Of a stretch of 60,268 nucleotides of DNA, positions 41,061-54,492 are shown piece by piece; positions within the stretch are counted from its first letter, which is position 1; each line of letters starts with the position of its first letter. The position numbers and the translations under genes were made by a program. Origin of the DNA: Paraglomus brasilianum (Eukaryota); assembly GCA_910592345.1 (NCBI GenBank), contig CAJVPI010000076.1, positions 1-60,268 of the forward strand. Direction: 5' to 3'. Below the pieces are notes generated by a model. It was not told the origin of the DNA, made no database searches, and saw nothing but the letters and a program-made list of their open reading frames with translations.

Positions 41061-42532
41061 AAAGATTAGTAAACCCACTCCAATTTTTTCGCTGCGTATG
41101 ATGTATTTATAGTTTTTGGACTACAATAGGAAACTACTACTGCTATTCTAAATTTGGTATCTGAAATAATTTGTTCTCCGTCGGATTAACTAAATTTGGT
41201 GATATGACCTACAATTTGTGCTAAATCGAGTCATGGGGTACACACTTTTCTCAAATTGTGCGAACAATAACTCTGACTGCAAAAACGGAATGTATGCTGT
41301 ATACCAGTTATTACTGATTATTCCTAATTGCGGGATTCTGGCTTAGCTATTCGTGTATGTAGCTTGCATTCACATGCAATCATAGGGAAGCACAAACGGA
41401 GAAACGTACCGGTTTCACGTCAAGTCAATCAATAATATATTCGATTGTATATGTGATTGTCTATTAATAGTTCTTGCAGTTTGCACTAGATATAAAACAA
41501 TTTGCCTTCGATTTCGTCGAATCTTTGACATTTAGGATTGTTATTTAATTCTTTATAAACACGTTTAATTCCCCAACCTACAGGCTTTTGAAATTAATCC
41601 CATCGAACAAGTAGATCAAGTTGAAGGGACGGCTTATACAAGACCGATCAAGCTTCGAAACCCCCAATTTTAAGGCCACTAAGTTTCGCTTATAAACTGA
41701 CAGGTGTAGAGTTAGTTAAAGGCCTCGCTTGAAAGGGTTAAATCTCAAGGTTGATATACGATCGTATTGATCCGACATATCTCAGCTAAATATTGAAGCA
41801 AACAAACGCAATATTCTTTATCTAGAAATCAAAGGCAAGTTCTTCATAGGCAAATAAACCAGTTGCCCAGCGAATACGTGTATTATATACCCCATCACAC
41901 ACACAATTTGCATGGTAGATTCCACTTCACTGATAACACCAAACTGACACCAATTCAGTTGTCAATCTCGATAAAAATTACCAAGATACTGTGTAGCTAC
42001 TTAGTATTCCTTTAAGTTCTCGCAAATGTATCCAATGTCAAAATTCTACCCAAGAAACGAAAGTCCCCATTACTGATGCTCTTAGTAAAGAATAATGATG
42101 TAGTATAGCGTAAACCATTATTCATACTCTGAGCTGGGTGCGTATGTTTGAATAATGTTTTGCTAACAATGTTCACATCTACCTGTAAACTGAAAATAAG
42201 CATCTGTATGTTAGATACTATATATCAGATATGGACACAGTACAGTCGCCCCTCATTTGTATCCTACCCTCGGATATAACTCAGTCTTAATGCTGGACGA
42301 ATTTCTCTATTGTATCTCAGTATAAATTTCCCTCGGTTGTATCCTACTCAGATATATCCCTTCCCCAATATTCCAATACCCCATATCTTTATGATTATTA
42401 TTATAATATCGATATGGACTCCCACTTTACTATAAACATTATTCGTGTTACATAAAAAATTAGTTATGAGTTCATGACTTGGATAATGAAAAAATGACAA
42501 GAAGCCCTAAACATTGAAGAAGCAATTGAAAT

Positions 42533-42745
42533 TGTTACGGTTGGTACATATCTTTAGTGGGAGAGCGATATTATCTTTTACGTAGGCGTGTTCACCATCT
42601 GGGAGCTTAGCTCGTACTACCGCTCTTACTCCAGTAGCTGTACAATTAAGACTGAACTATGTTTCGAGTGTCCTAATTCGCGCGTTTAATTACTCCCTAT
42701 ACGATGTAATTCCTACTCGTATCCAAATAAGGGTACAATTTAATC
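42533..42745 (+). mobile_element. Dispersed repeat family A, diverged 5' copy
   Basis: Begins tgttacggt like the copy at 60162; gcttagctcgtacta and caattaagactgaact match the reverse complement of 48755-48815. Confidence 0.7.
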
Positions 42746-43348
42746 GTTGAATCGATCGAATGCTGATCATTTTTAGATTCTGGAAGAATCTTCGCAATAA
42801 AGATAAAAAGAAAAGGGATAAAAGATTATCCAGTGTGACCAGCAAGTGTCTTGATCGTTCGAGATAATGCAAGACTGAGAATGTATATTGAAGCTGATTT
42901 ACCAGCACTAGCTAGTAGAGCATCATCTTGTCTGCAGAGCCAGCAGCATGTTAGTAGTTCCTGAATTAGGCAAAAGAAGATTGGTTAAATGAGTGCTATT
43001 ATATAAAGTATAGTTAAAATTAATTTATTAAATGCATACAGAAACGACCATTTCGTGTATTCAACATTGGCAGCAGCAAAGTAAACCCAAGTCCAAAGGA
43101 CATATTGTGCCCATTTTCTATAATAATCCTCAACAACTTTCAATTGAACTTTCCCAATCCGGGAGTTTGTTCACGCATGTCTGTGACTTATTGATGAAAA
43201 AAACGTGTAATCGTAATGTGTGGCAAATACATTATAAATGGCACTTCAACAAAGAAACGTCCACATTATTTCTTGTTGGTGTAACAAGGTACATTACATT
43301 CGATTTTTAACACCAAAGATAACAATCACAGCTAATCAACTATTCAAG

Positions 43349-45756
43349 ATGTCGAAAAAGGTCAGAGAGTTTCGAGGTGCTTCCATAGAATTGATTTCGC
43401 CTGTAGCGCAAGTGGTGTATTTTCCCGGTGTAGCCGAACTATTCACTATCATTGAGCGAATCGTTGTGCTCATCGACACCGCAAGATATAATAGAGAAGC
43501 ATTGCTTTACATGAAGGTGTATATGACAGAAGTAAAGCAGACAATCCGTGACAATAGTGAAACAATAAACGAGGAATATACCCCAAGTTTGATGAAAGCG
43601 CTGAAAAAATTGGGAAAAGTTTCTGGTCCAATATACCAAGCCTAAAATGAAAAAATTATTGACTATCCTTAATGTTGATAAGGTAAACATTATGAGTGTT
43701 TTTTAATATGATTTTTTCCTATATCGAAAGACAAGCTGAATTTTCTTTTCTGTTATAAATTTTAATTCACAGATAGATCGAAAGATACGTGACCTATTTA
43801 CCGACCTGGACAACGCCCTCAATGCTGCTGATCTAAGAGTAACCTTGGAAAACAATAAAGATCTTAAGAAGATATTGGGAATCACAAAGAGGGTGGATGA
43901 ACACATGATGGACTTGGATAATAGGATTAAAATTGATATCACAACTGTGAAAGACGTGGTGACGGAGAAAGTTAAAAATTCTTTCATGACTACTGCAATT
44001 TTCCATGGCGTTCCGTTATCACAGGAAATAATAGACGAATTAACGATTAACCCAGAACATATCAACCCCGTTTGCGATGCTCAACCTAATGGCGATGTTT
44101 TTACAAAAGTTATATATTGCGGTGGTCTTTATGCTGCAAAAGTTAAAATTGCAAGAGCTCACAACGACATTAGTCTGTCCTGGGCACAGGCCTTTATGAG
44201 CTCCAAATCGAATGAGGGTTTATTCACGAAAATGTACGTATTTATCATATATTACCCGTTTTCGTTATCTAATTGCTGACGAATATTATTGTTTGTCGCA
44301 GCTTCGGCATTCTACTGGACGGAGGAACTTATTACATGATTACAGAGTGGCCAGGAAAGGGAACGCTCTACGAATACCTTAAGACACACAGAGATATTCC
44401 GTGGTCACTAAAGATAAGATGGGCGATTCAATTAGCACGTGCGCTTGACACTTGTCACAGTAAGTTCATTATACACCATGTCATTCACAGGTAGGGAAAC
44501 GAGTATTGCAATGTCGAATTAGGCTTTTTTCTAGTAACGTGTTCAGCTACTGCTTTTTCCCCCGACATTTAGTCGTAACGTGATCGTAGATATGAACGAC
44601 AACGTCAAATTAACAAAATATCTTCGTGACAGAAGAACGGATGATTGTATAGAAATAGATTCGTTTGTGTTTGCTGATGAGTATGATGTTATCAGATGGT
44701 CATGTCCTGAAAAACACGATCCTAATCCCACGTTTCCTATTACTATGTCGGCCGATGTATACAGGTATGTATGTTTGTAATGTGTCATTGTTCGGTGATA
44801 GTTACAATAGAATTGACAGAGCTTGACATTATTATAAGCAACTATACAGTATTACTATATTTATTGTCCAAATATGTAGCTTCGGCATGCTTATGTGGGC
44901 AATAACTTCTCACGAGATTCCTTTCCCAGACAAATCCATTGTTGAAGTATATACCTTATTAAAAAATTCAGTTAGATTCAAAGATCAGGACGCTCCGCGC
45001 CCGCCAGTAGTTCCTGGTACACCAGAAAATTACACGAGTATAATGCAGAAATGTTGGAGACAAGACCCAGGAAATCGTCCAACAATGGCTTACGTTGTAG
45101 CGGAACTGGAACGACTCGAGATGTACAGGAAAAATTCACCCGATGCAGATACTTATGGGACTTGCTCTAGTAGTATGCAAGAATCTGAGCCGCGCGAGCC
45201 GGAGCCAATAACGATCTATTCCGCACGCAAGTTACATGCTGAAAAGCGCTACAGAGAAGCCTTCAAACAGTTTAAAACGCTCGCTGACGACGTGAATCCC
45301 GACGCTGAAGCAAACTTCTACGTCGGCAGATACCTCATGGACGACAGAATCGGTTGTGGCAATGATCTTAATGTGGGGATAAGCTATTTAGAAGTAGCAG
45401 AAGATTTGGGATGCAGTGAGGCAATTCAGTATCGTGCTCAAGAGAAAATGGCAGCAGCTGCGGAACTGCGAAAAAGGTTTATAGAAGCGGGAAAACTCGA
45501 TGATGCGAATTTAATTTTGGAAAGAATGAAGACAGAGTGTCTACCATTGTTTCGTAATGGTGCGGATCGCGGCAATCTGCGTTGTATGAAAGATTTAGCT
45601 GATTATGGGGCAAAGCTAGGAGATAAGCAGAGTTACGTGGACGGTCTTAGAATGTTGGATAACTTAATTGCAAAAACTCAAGATCCTAAGCAGAAAGCTA
45701 AAGCACAAGATTATTTAGTGAAGTTGCAACAGCACAAAAACGCATTTATGTATTGA
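43349..45756 (+). pseudogene. MLKL-like helical N-terminus + pseudokinase + SEL1-like repeats, paralog 1 (+1 frameshift in A6 run at 43604-43609)
   Basis: Exons ~43349-43682, 43773-44234, 44302-44490, 44573-44764 and 44880-45756. Kinase motifs YMITEW..GTL, W..KIRWA.QLARAL, HHVIHSRN, ADVY/SFGMLMWAI, CW.QDP..RP. Removing one A restores LKNWEKFLVQYTKPKMK, colinear with paralog 2. Confidence 0.8.
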
Positions 45757-46189
45757 GAATGAAGACCGCGTGGTTGTATTTATGCAGAACATTGACGAGC
45801 ATTTTAAATTTAATTGATCGTTTTTCCACACCAACAGCTATTATGTATTTCATGCCTGGACAAAGTTTTGTTATTCGTATAATATATAGTAAATAATCGT
45901 TTATTATTATTATAGCACCATTTTTGTATTTATTTTCAAACAAACAAATATTAATATAATTGTGAACATAACCATCTCACCACAGCATCTAAACATAAGA
46001 ATGTGTGGAACAAATGAACATTAACGATTTTCAAGGAAGATGGCCTTTTCGCTTTCAATACACTTTTTATAAGTATTGCCTCACAATTTCCATTTATCGC
46101 CCTGCTCAATTTAAATTATAATTTAACATTGGAATTTTTTCACTAATTGACATAACTGTCCAAGTCTGTTATCATCCAGTGGCTGTTGC

Positions 46190-46570
46190 TTCCCATCATT
46201 TGAATGGATCACTGTCCAGATGTATTTGTGGTAGCCTTAGATAATAGGATATAGGGTCATCAATATAATTACTCTCTTGACTTGTTCTCTCTTCAATATA
46301 ATAATCAAAGAGAAATGATTTTTGAAGTCTTCAGTTCTGTGTTCTATGTGAGTCCTGCATATTATCAGGCAAACCTGATGTCCTAATAGGTTCAGAGTTT
46401 ACTTTAGAGATTATAGAGCTTATACTTAGTAGTTTTTGGTATTTTTCATAAAGACTAGTATGCACATACCATTTTTTAGAAGAATCAATAAAGTTAAGGC
46501 TTTTCCACCTTGGATCAAGTAAGGAAGCTAGAAATCCAGTATCTTCTGGCATATTAATATCCCAATATAA
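46190..46570 (-). mobile_element. hAT transposase, C-terminal fragment
   Basis: LYWDINMPEDTGFLASLLDPRWKSL...YYLRLPQIHLDSDPFK*WE: the hAT LLDPR motif and the start of the dimerization domain. Confidence 0.8.
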
Positions 46571-47400
46571 CTAGTGTAGTATTGAAGTTCAGTCAACTGC
46601 GTTGACCGGGCAGGTTATAATAGAGTACAGTTAATACGTTAAGTAATGTGCAGTAGTTAGTTTTATTTTTGATATGCGGGTTAAAATGGGGAAGTTATTG
46701 AAAGTTGTTGAGCAACACGTTGTAGTCTTTCATATTCTTTTACTACATTTGAATCGGTTATGGAAGCAGTTCTGTCTAATGCACTGATGTTGAGGTTTTC
46801 CCAAATCGAACACCTGCTGATTTCAACATAAGCTTGACCTGGAGAGAATATGTGATGATCTAATGATACAGTTATTTTTGGTAATGTAAAACCCTGAGTT
46901 TTATGTATTGTTAGAGCAAATGAATTCTGTAGAGGAAACTGAGTTCGAGAAGCTTTTTGCCCTGCAGCATAAAAGTAGGAGGTAGTGTTGTTGTATCCAA
47001 CTATTGCACTATGTACACAAAATGCCACTTGGACAGAGTGTAAATCTTTATCAAAGTCAGTGATAACGCCAATAGTTCCATACAAATACCTTTTTCTATA
47101 AAAAAATTATTTAAGAACATTACGCGAGATCCTTGTTGAATGCATACGGTCAGTGGCCCCGTCGAAGATTCGTTTTCGTCGGAATCTTCTGTATCTTCTT
47201 CTTTTTCAGGAACGAAATATGTAAATCGTATCAGTTGGGAGTTATCGTCGGCCGACAGTATGCGAGATCTTTTTGTATGTTGTATTCGTTTATGGATTAT
47301 ACAGTTTGTTGGGTAATGTAAGCAATGACGGAAACGGAAGCGGGCTTTTTTTTTATTATTACTTTTTTAAAGAGAAAAGTAATGTAGAAGGTATGGTAAT
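46571..47400 (-). mobile_element. Helitron 3' portion with PIF1 helicase C-terminus and canonical 3' terminus
   Basis: ORF 46681-47085 has RTQFPLQNSFALTIHKTQGFTL...FSPGQAYVEISRC. The minus-strand end has hairpin gtcaac-gca-gttgac (46592-46606), then CTAG (46574-46571) followed by T. 5' limit approximate. Confidence 0.85.
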
Positions 47401-48399
47401 TGGGAATTTAAGTTTTTTTATAGAATTTTTTAAAGAGATATTTTATGTTTGTTTTTGTTTGTTTGTTTGCTAAGAAAATGGCGAATATTGTCATAAAAGA
47501 AACAATTTATGTTATGTATTTTTCGGTAAATTTTTGGTATCTTAAAAAGCAGTAAATAAACATGATTACACATCAGTTAATTAAATAACCGTTTGCTATT
47601 AAACTCAATTATTATGCGCAAGATTTTTGTCTGAATGTATTTCCTTTTTTGTAAATAAAACAAGAATAATTTTCTTGATCAAAAAAGGAAATGTATTATA
47701 GTTACGTATTAAATTTTCTATTTCTCATGTGCTTTTACGCAATTATGTTTTTGAATCCATCTAAATTTTGATTTAATCAACTAAGCGATAATAACATTTC
47801 TTGCCATTTTATTTTTGAGGTAATTGTTATTTGTAAATTATATTTGTATTTTGAGAAAAGAAAAAAAAAAGCTGCGTCATATTAGGTTTTGTTTAACGGA
47901 TTAGAGTTCTCAAGCGTTTATCTTATTTTAAACATCGCGTAAGGTTTAATCTAATGAAAGTTGGTGAAACATCTGTAGGTTTGACAATAACGATAAATAT
48001 GTTAGTCACAACATGACAAATAGATCGACTTTGGGAAAAATATTTTAATCTGTTACTTCTGCTTGCTTTATTTTGTTTTGCTTCAGATGAAATGAAACGT
48101 ACTATTTAAAGTATAGTATAGTATATAAAAACGGGTTAAAAAAAAACGTTGCGGAAAATCAGTGACAGTACAAAACGTTATAATTGGCATAATTAATTGT
48201 TCTTCTATAATTAGTGAAAAAGCGTTACGTTTTTTTAGTGACGCTCGAAGATATATGAGTAGCTCATATTCCATCGCCAAATGTTATCGTTGTGAAAACA
48301 TCAAAAGTTCGAATATTGTTGTGAAATAAAATAATGCCACTGATCTTAGTAGTATTCTCCCGAAATCCTTTATTGTCAATATTTCTATCGTCGAAATAA

Positions 48400-48891
48400 T
48401 TGATTATTAGGCCGGCACTCCAATAAACGGCTCCTTAAGCTGTAACGGAATAGCATTAATTTTGATCAAGCTAGTAAGCTGTCCGCACGTGAATAACGGA
48501 ACGAGAGTTCATAATTAATTATCGAGACGATTATTGTTTAATTAGTTTAGAAGGCAAGTGACGGATACCGACTAGTCGAAACACAAATCGAAGATAGCCC
48601 TGTTTAATTTTTAAAATAGTATTATTCCCCTTCGATTCTTTAGTAGAATAATTGTTGTTGTTATTCTATTAGAGGTACTCTTATTGTATTCACGAGTGTT
48701 TGAAACTCGGATAGGGAGTGAGAAGCGCGCATAATTAAAATAGGTCACTTGTAGGCTTAGTTCAGTCTTAATTGCACAATTATCGTAGTAAGGGCGATAG
48801 TACGAGCTAAGCCTGGTAACATCCCCCGGTCGGCGAACACACCTACGCGAAAGATAAATCGCTCTCTCAAACCCCCATTTAATTCCCGACA
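48400..48891 (-). mobile_element. Dispersed repeat family A, longest copy (solo-LTR-like)
   Basis: Minus strand starts tgtcgggaattaaatgggg; shares blocks with 2730-3052, 42533-42745 and 60162-60268; abuts the hAT coding sequence. Confidence 0.75.
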
Positions 48892-49720
48892 GTGATGACT
48901 TTATTTTTTCTTCCAGGTTATCAAACCTTTGTGGAAAAGTAATGGGAAGTTGTTCATTGTTGATAGTACTCACAATTATATTATCATTTGTTACATTCTC
49001 AGAATTATTATCAATACTAGTCTCTCGTATGTAAACATTTTTATCTTGGTCCAAGATGGTAATGGTTGCTTAATAATCTGTGTAAGGGTGGAGAGATCTA
49101 ATGAATAACTATCTCTGATAGTTTAGATATGACAGGATACATATTAATATGACTCTGTGTAAATTACTGTGACCCAGACAATAACCTTGTTGCTTCCTCA
49201 AATGGTGCAAGATTTTTTCAAAGGTGTTCCATTCTTCATTTATGAGGTTATATCTTCTCAGTTTTTGCCCATCCTGCCTAGCATCTCTTGCTTGGTGATG
49301 CAATTATTGATGTTATTGCATTATACAAATAGAGTAAACATTCCCAAGCATAATATGTAGAGTTTCAATGAGTTGGAACATCTTTGATAGTCATAAGAAT
49401 TTCATTAAAGCTACACTGCTCCTGTGCCCTTTTTAGTTGTTCTATTTGTTTTGGTGAATTAAAGAAACTAATAATAATAAGCTGGCAAGTATGTGGCATG
49501 ACTGAAGAATTATCTGTTGTAATGAATAGAACTTTCTCTTTCAAATTCCAAGCTTCTATCATCTCTTCCAAAACAGTTCTTATGCTGTCAACTGTGTGAC
49601 ATATATGTAATTCCCTAACATTGAGAGTAACCCACGAAGTTGAAAGTCGACAGCCAACTTGCTGTTATTCCAATATAAATATAGCTTTCTTGTGCACAAG
49701 AGGTCCACAAATCTGTCATA
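48892..49720 (-). mobile_element. hAT transposase, N-terminal/catalytic fragment (pseudogenized)
   Basis: DLWTS...YIGITA; WNLKEKVLFITTDN; FFNSPKQIEQLKRAQ; DVPTH*NSTY; NEEW; ends EEKIKSSL. Multiple stops and frameshifts. Confidence 0.82.
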
Positions 49721-50002
49721 AGAGAGATTCTATTTATTAAGCTTCATAGATGATTGTGAATGCAATGGGCTATTCCTGAGGGTTCATCTCAGCATCGCTT
49801 CATTATGGGCTTGCGTGATTAACGATTATACTAGTCGTAATTGTATTAGCCGTTACGTATACGAGTCGCCACGATAACTACATGTCTAGGCGAATATTCC
49901 CTGTACTCTCTACGTATTCCTTCTAAGATACGGGAAGCTTAACCCAACGAGCGTAGTGACGTTTCGCTTGGCGTCATATCGAACTCTTTATACTCTTCAT
50001 TA

Positions 50003-50115
50003 GACAACAACAACAACGACAACGACAACAACAAAACGACAATATAGCGACGACAGCGACAACAGCAATAACGACAATAACGACAACAACAACGCAGCAG
50101 AGCCACCACCACCAC
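50003..50115. repeat. Degenerate (CAA/CGA)n low-complexity repeat
   Basis: gacaacaacaacaacgacaacgacaaca...acgacaataacgacaacaacaacgcagcag. Confidence 0.8.
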
Positions 50116-52017
50116 TTCAGCTTGTATTTGCACTTTGGAGGAGGAAAAGTTGTTGTGAGTATACATGTGCTATGGTTCAGCGAATTAAGTATTAACTCTT
50201 CACTTGGCGTCGAGTGTTAACCTAGCCGCAACGGAATACAAGTAAGCTTATAGAAACATAACATTGTCATAGGCTAACGATATCCTTAAATGCTATCGGA
50301 GTCAGCTTCCGGTTCAGTGAATTATCTAGCAATAATAATTATGAACGCTCTCAATAGTTGAGAGTCGAATATCCTGTAAGAGGAATTCCCATTCACCCAA
50401 CGTGAGTCGCACCCAGGCAAGACGTTATACATACTCAGAGGTGGTGACAATGACAATGTATGTGGAGGTTGAGCTACTTCTTCGATATGTTAAGTGAGAT
50501 AAACTCCGGCGAACGATAAATCGCTTTGTTGTATCCAACCGTAAGCCTCGGACCGTAATACGCCTTCTTTATACACACTAGAGATAATGATAAACATTAA
50601 CTCTCTTTCACTTAACATCATCGGTAAAGAAAGTTATTAAATGTTCGCCACGAAGGAACACATAGTAAAACCACTACGTTACGAGCCGACGGAAAACTCG
50701 CCCCGTTTTGATACAGGTAATAATATTAACACAACATCTTTAACTCTTGCTCGAACGACAGTCTTCTCGGCGAATAGTTTCACCGAATAGAGGTTATCTT
50801 CAGCAAGCATATCGCTTCGTTGCAATTTACGTAAGTCTTTCTAGCGAATACGTCGCTCCGTTGTCCGTTTAACGATTAATAATGAATAAACTTAAAACAG
50901 TTTTATTCTTCATGTACTATCGTTACGAGAGCTTTTTAATAACTTATAAATTGCATTTATTATCCTTTCATTCGAACGAATCAGTTTCAATAATAGATCG
51001 CTTGCAATTGTAGCTAACAAAGTTTTTGACGATGTTTCGTTATGCATTAAATCCATGTCGATGTCGATCATCGATTTTCAGGGACGTTATACTATATACA
51101 GGGTAAATCATGTTTATTTACAATTGGGGACGGATTTGTTTTATCGGTAATTAGAACGACTGAATATTTTCAGCTGTGAGGAAAGGTCGTTTTTAACTAA
51201 TTTCTAACTACCGCAGTATTTTATATCCAATAAAATATGAAAAATAATTCGGACTTATCGTAATAATGATTGACAGCCTTTGAATATTCTGGCTTTTGCT
51301 TTTTATCACATGGTATGCAGAATAAATTCCCGAAAGTAGTCATTATTGACCAATAAGAGTGGAAGGCTTGCTGAGATTATCTATTGACATAAACGATTGA
51401 GGTGTGGATGTGTATTTCATAAATAATAGTGTTAGGTGTTTTTTTTCACAATCCGAACCAGATTGCTAAATTCCTTACAGTTTGTGGCTGCTCTTCTCCT
51501 GGCAGATACAAATTGTGTTTCAATGGCGTAGTCTGTATTGCACAACTTTCCACGAGTTGATTACAGAATGCTCGCTGACCGTTTTCCATTATCCTCATCA
51601 AAAAAGACCCACACCCAAGCTTTTATTATTATCTGCTCTGTCACTGTAAATATCTCTAGAACGTTTTGAACTAGTACTTGACATAGACATTGTATTGGAA
51701 TCAAATCAGTTAATCACTAGTGCTGAAATTCCCGTGACCGATTTTCTGTTACCTAATCTCATAAGCTCAAGACAATTTTTATGCCCAAATTCTTTCACGC
51801 CTAGACATAATCCAAACACAAAACAGTTTTGTTATCACTTAATCTACTTTATTAGTATTTGTTATTTATCATTCATTCTTATAAAACAATCAAAAATAAG
51901 AACTTCTGGTGTAACAAACGTTTGTTAATTTCACGGTGTACAATTCCAACTCTCGCCTTTATTAAACTGTGAATTCAAACATATCGACCACGTTTTGAAT
52001 ACCATACATTGTCCATA

Positions 52018-54492
52018 ATGTCGAGAAGTAATCTTGGGGCTAGGATTGAATTGATTTCTCCTTCGGCGAGGGCAGTGCGGTTTCCAGCCGTGTCTGATAT
52101 ATTGAACCTTACTGATCGCATCATTAAGCTCATTGATGCGGCGAAATATAACAGAGAAGCATTGCCTATCATGAAGTTATATGTGATGGAAGTAAAGGCA
52201 GCCATTCATGAGAACAAGGATATTATTGATGAGGAATATACACTAGATTTACTGAAAGCACTGGAGGATTGGGAAAGGTTTCTCGAGCAATATACTAAAC
52301 CTAAAATGAAAACTTTGTTGAGATTTCAGAATGATGAGCAGGTCCGTAATCGAGCACGTTTTGAATTTACCTTGAATGTTTACTTCTGGCTTTACAACAG
52401 TTTACGACTTTATTATGTATTGTATAGATAGACAAAAAGATAAATGGGCTGTTTGACAAACTGGATAACGCTCTTAATGATGCTCATCTTGAAGTAGACT
52501 TGGAAAATAACGCGGTGCTGAAAGAGAAACTAATGTACATGCAAGAGAGACAGTTAGAATACATAAAGATTCCGCGAGAGAAAACACATGATGCGGGCGG
52601 CTGTGGCATGATGGACATAGATGAGGATCCACCCTCTGTAACTCATCCTTGTTCTACTTCTATCAAGGATGAGATTAGGAAAACCTTCGAAGATGATTTT
52701 GTTACAACTGCGTGTTTTCATGGCCTTCCATTGCCATCAGAAAAAATTAAAGACTTAAAGATTGATCCTAAATGGGTCCATTCTATCTCTGGCCCTCAAC
52801 CTAATGGTGCTGGTCCCCAAAGGGTAGTTTATTGCGGTGGGGAATACGCTGCGAAGATTAAAATCGCGCAAGAAGGAGAAGACATTAATAAGTACTTGGT
52901 ACAGGCCTATATTAGCTCTCAACTTAATACGGATTTGTTCATGAGAAAGTATGTATTTATTACACTTTGCACGTCACTTTAGAAATATTTGCTACTCCCT
53001 TTGCATTGTTTTAACTATTTGCTCCTCTTCATCTAGTTATGGAATTTTACTGGAAGAAGGAGTATATTACATGATCACAGAATGGCCAGAGCTAGGAACG
53101 CTCAGTAAATATCTCGTCGAGAATATAAATATTTCATGGGGTAAAAGAATAAACATGGCAGTACGTTTGGCAAGAGCGCTTGACATTTGTCATAGGAAAT
53201 ACATTCTGCATCATGACATACGCAGGTAGGGAGTGTGAATGATACTATCAATGTTTTATCAGTCTTTACCGTTCTGTTGGTCCACATTACTTTATAATAC
53301 GAATTTCTGATTACAGTCACAGCGTGGCTGTATGCAAGAACAATGTTGTCAAGTTAGGCAACTATCATCGTACCAGAAGCACAAAAGACCTTTCGACTCC
53401 AGTTGCTGAAGAGTCAGATGGTGTCAGATGGTTATGTCCCGAGAAGGTGGTGGACGGTAGGCGACCCTACTCGATGGCAGCCGATGTATACAGGTATGAG
53501 TATATTCAGTTCTGAAAATTCAATCAGTCTTTGAACGTAGTTATCACTGTCCAGTCTGGGATATTGGAATTGGTATCCTATATTTACGTAATTTTATTAT
53601 ACGAATTTACAGTTTCGGTATGCTTATGTGGGAAATATCTTCGCATAAAATTCCCTTTACGGATAAAACTGTTGGTGAAGTATATACTTTACTGAGAAAT
53701 TCAGCCAAGTTCAAAGATAAAGACGCGCCGCGTCCCCCAATTATCGATGGTACACCCAAGAAATACGTGAAAATAATGAAGAAATGCTGGAGACAAAACC
53801 CAGGAAGTCGTCCAACAATGCCTTTCGTTGTAAAGAAACTGGAACGACTCGAGGAGATGTACAGGAAAAATTCAACCGATGCAGATACTTATGGGACTTA
53901 CACTAGTAGTATGCAAGAATCCGAGCCGCGCGAGCCGGAGCTAATAACGATCTATTCCGCACGCAAGCTACATGCTGAAAAGCGCCACGCAGAAGCCTTC
54001 AAACATTTTAAAACGCTCGCTGACGACGAGAATCCCAACGCTGAAGCAAACTTCTACGTCGGCAGATACCTTATCGACGACAGAGTCAGTTATGAGAATG
54101 ATCCTAATGTGGGGATAAGCTATTTAGAAGTAGCAGAGCAGCTTGGATTCCATGATGCCCTCCAGTATCGTGCTCAAGAGAAAATGGCAGCAGCTACGGT
54201 ACTGCGAAAAAAGTTTATAGAAGCGGGAAAACTCGATGATGCGAATTCAATTTTGGAAAGAATGAAGACAGAATGTCTACCATTGTTTCGTGAAGGTGCG
54301 AATCGCGGCAATCTGCGTTGTATGAAAGATTTAGCTGATTATGGGGCAAAGCTAGGAGATAAACAGAGTTACGTGGACGGTCTTAGAATGTTGGATGACG
54401 TAATTGCAAAAACGAAAGATCCTAAGCAGAAAGCTAAAGCACAAGATTTTTTGGTGAAGTTGCAACAGCACAAAAACGTATTTATGGATTGA
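52018..54492 (+). CDS. MLKL-like helical N-terminus + pseudokinase + SEL1-like repeats, paralog 2 (apparently intact)
   Basis: Same four intron positions as paralog 1. N-terminus FPAVSDILNLTDRIIKLIDAAKYNREAL...LKALEDWERFLEQYT; YAAK; HHDIRSHSV; KLGNYH in place of DFG; ADVY/SFGMLMWEI; C-terminal AEAFKHFK.LAD...EANFYVG.YL helical repeats. Confidence 0.85.

Noticed and set aside
48611..49054. 147-aa ORF as a standalone gene
   Set aside because: Chimeric read-through from hAT sequence into repeat family A.
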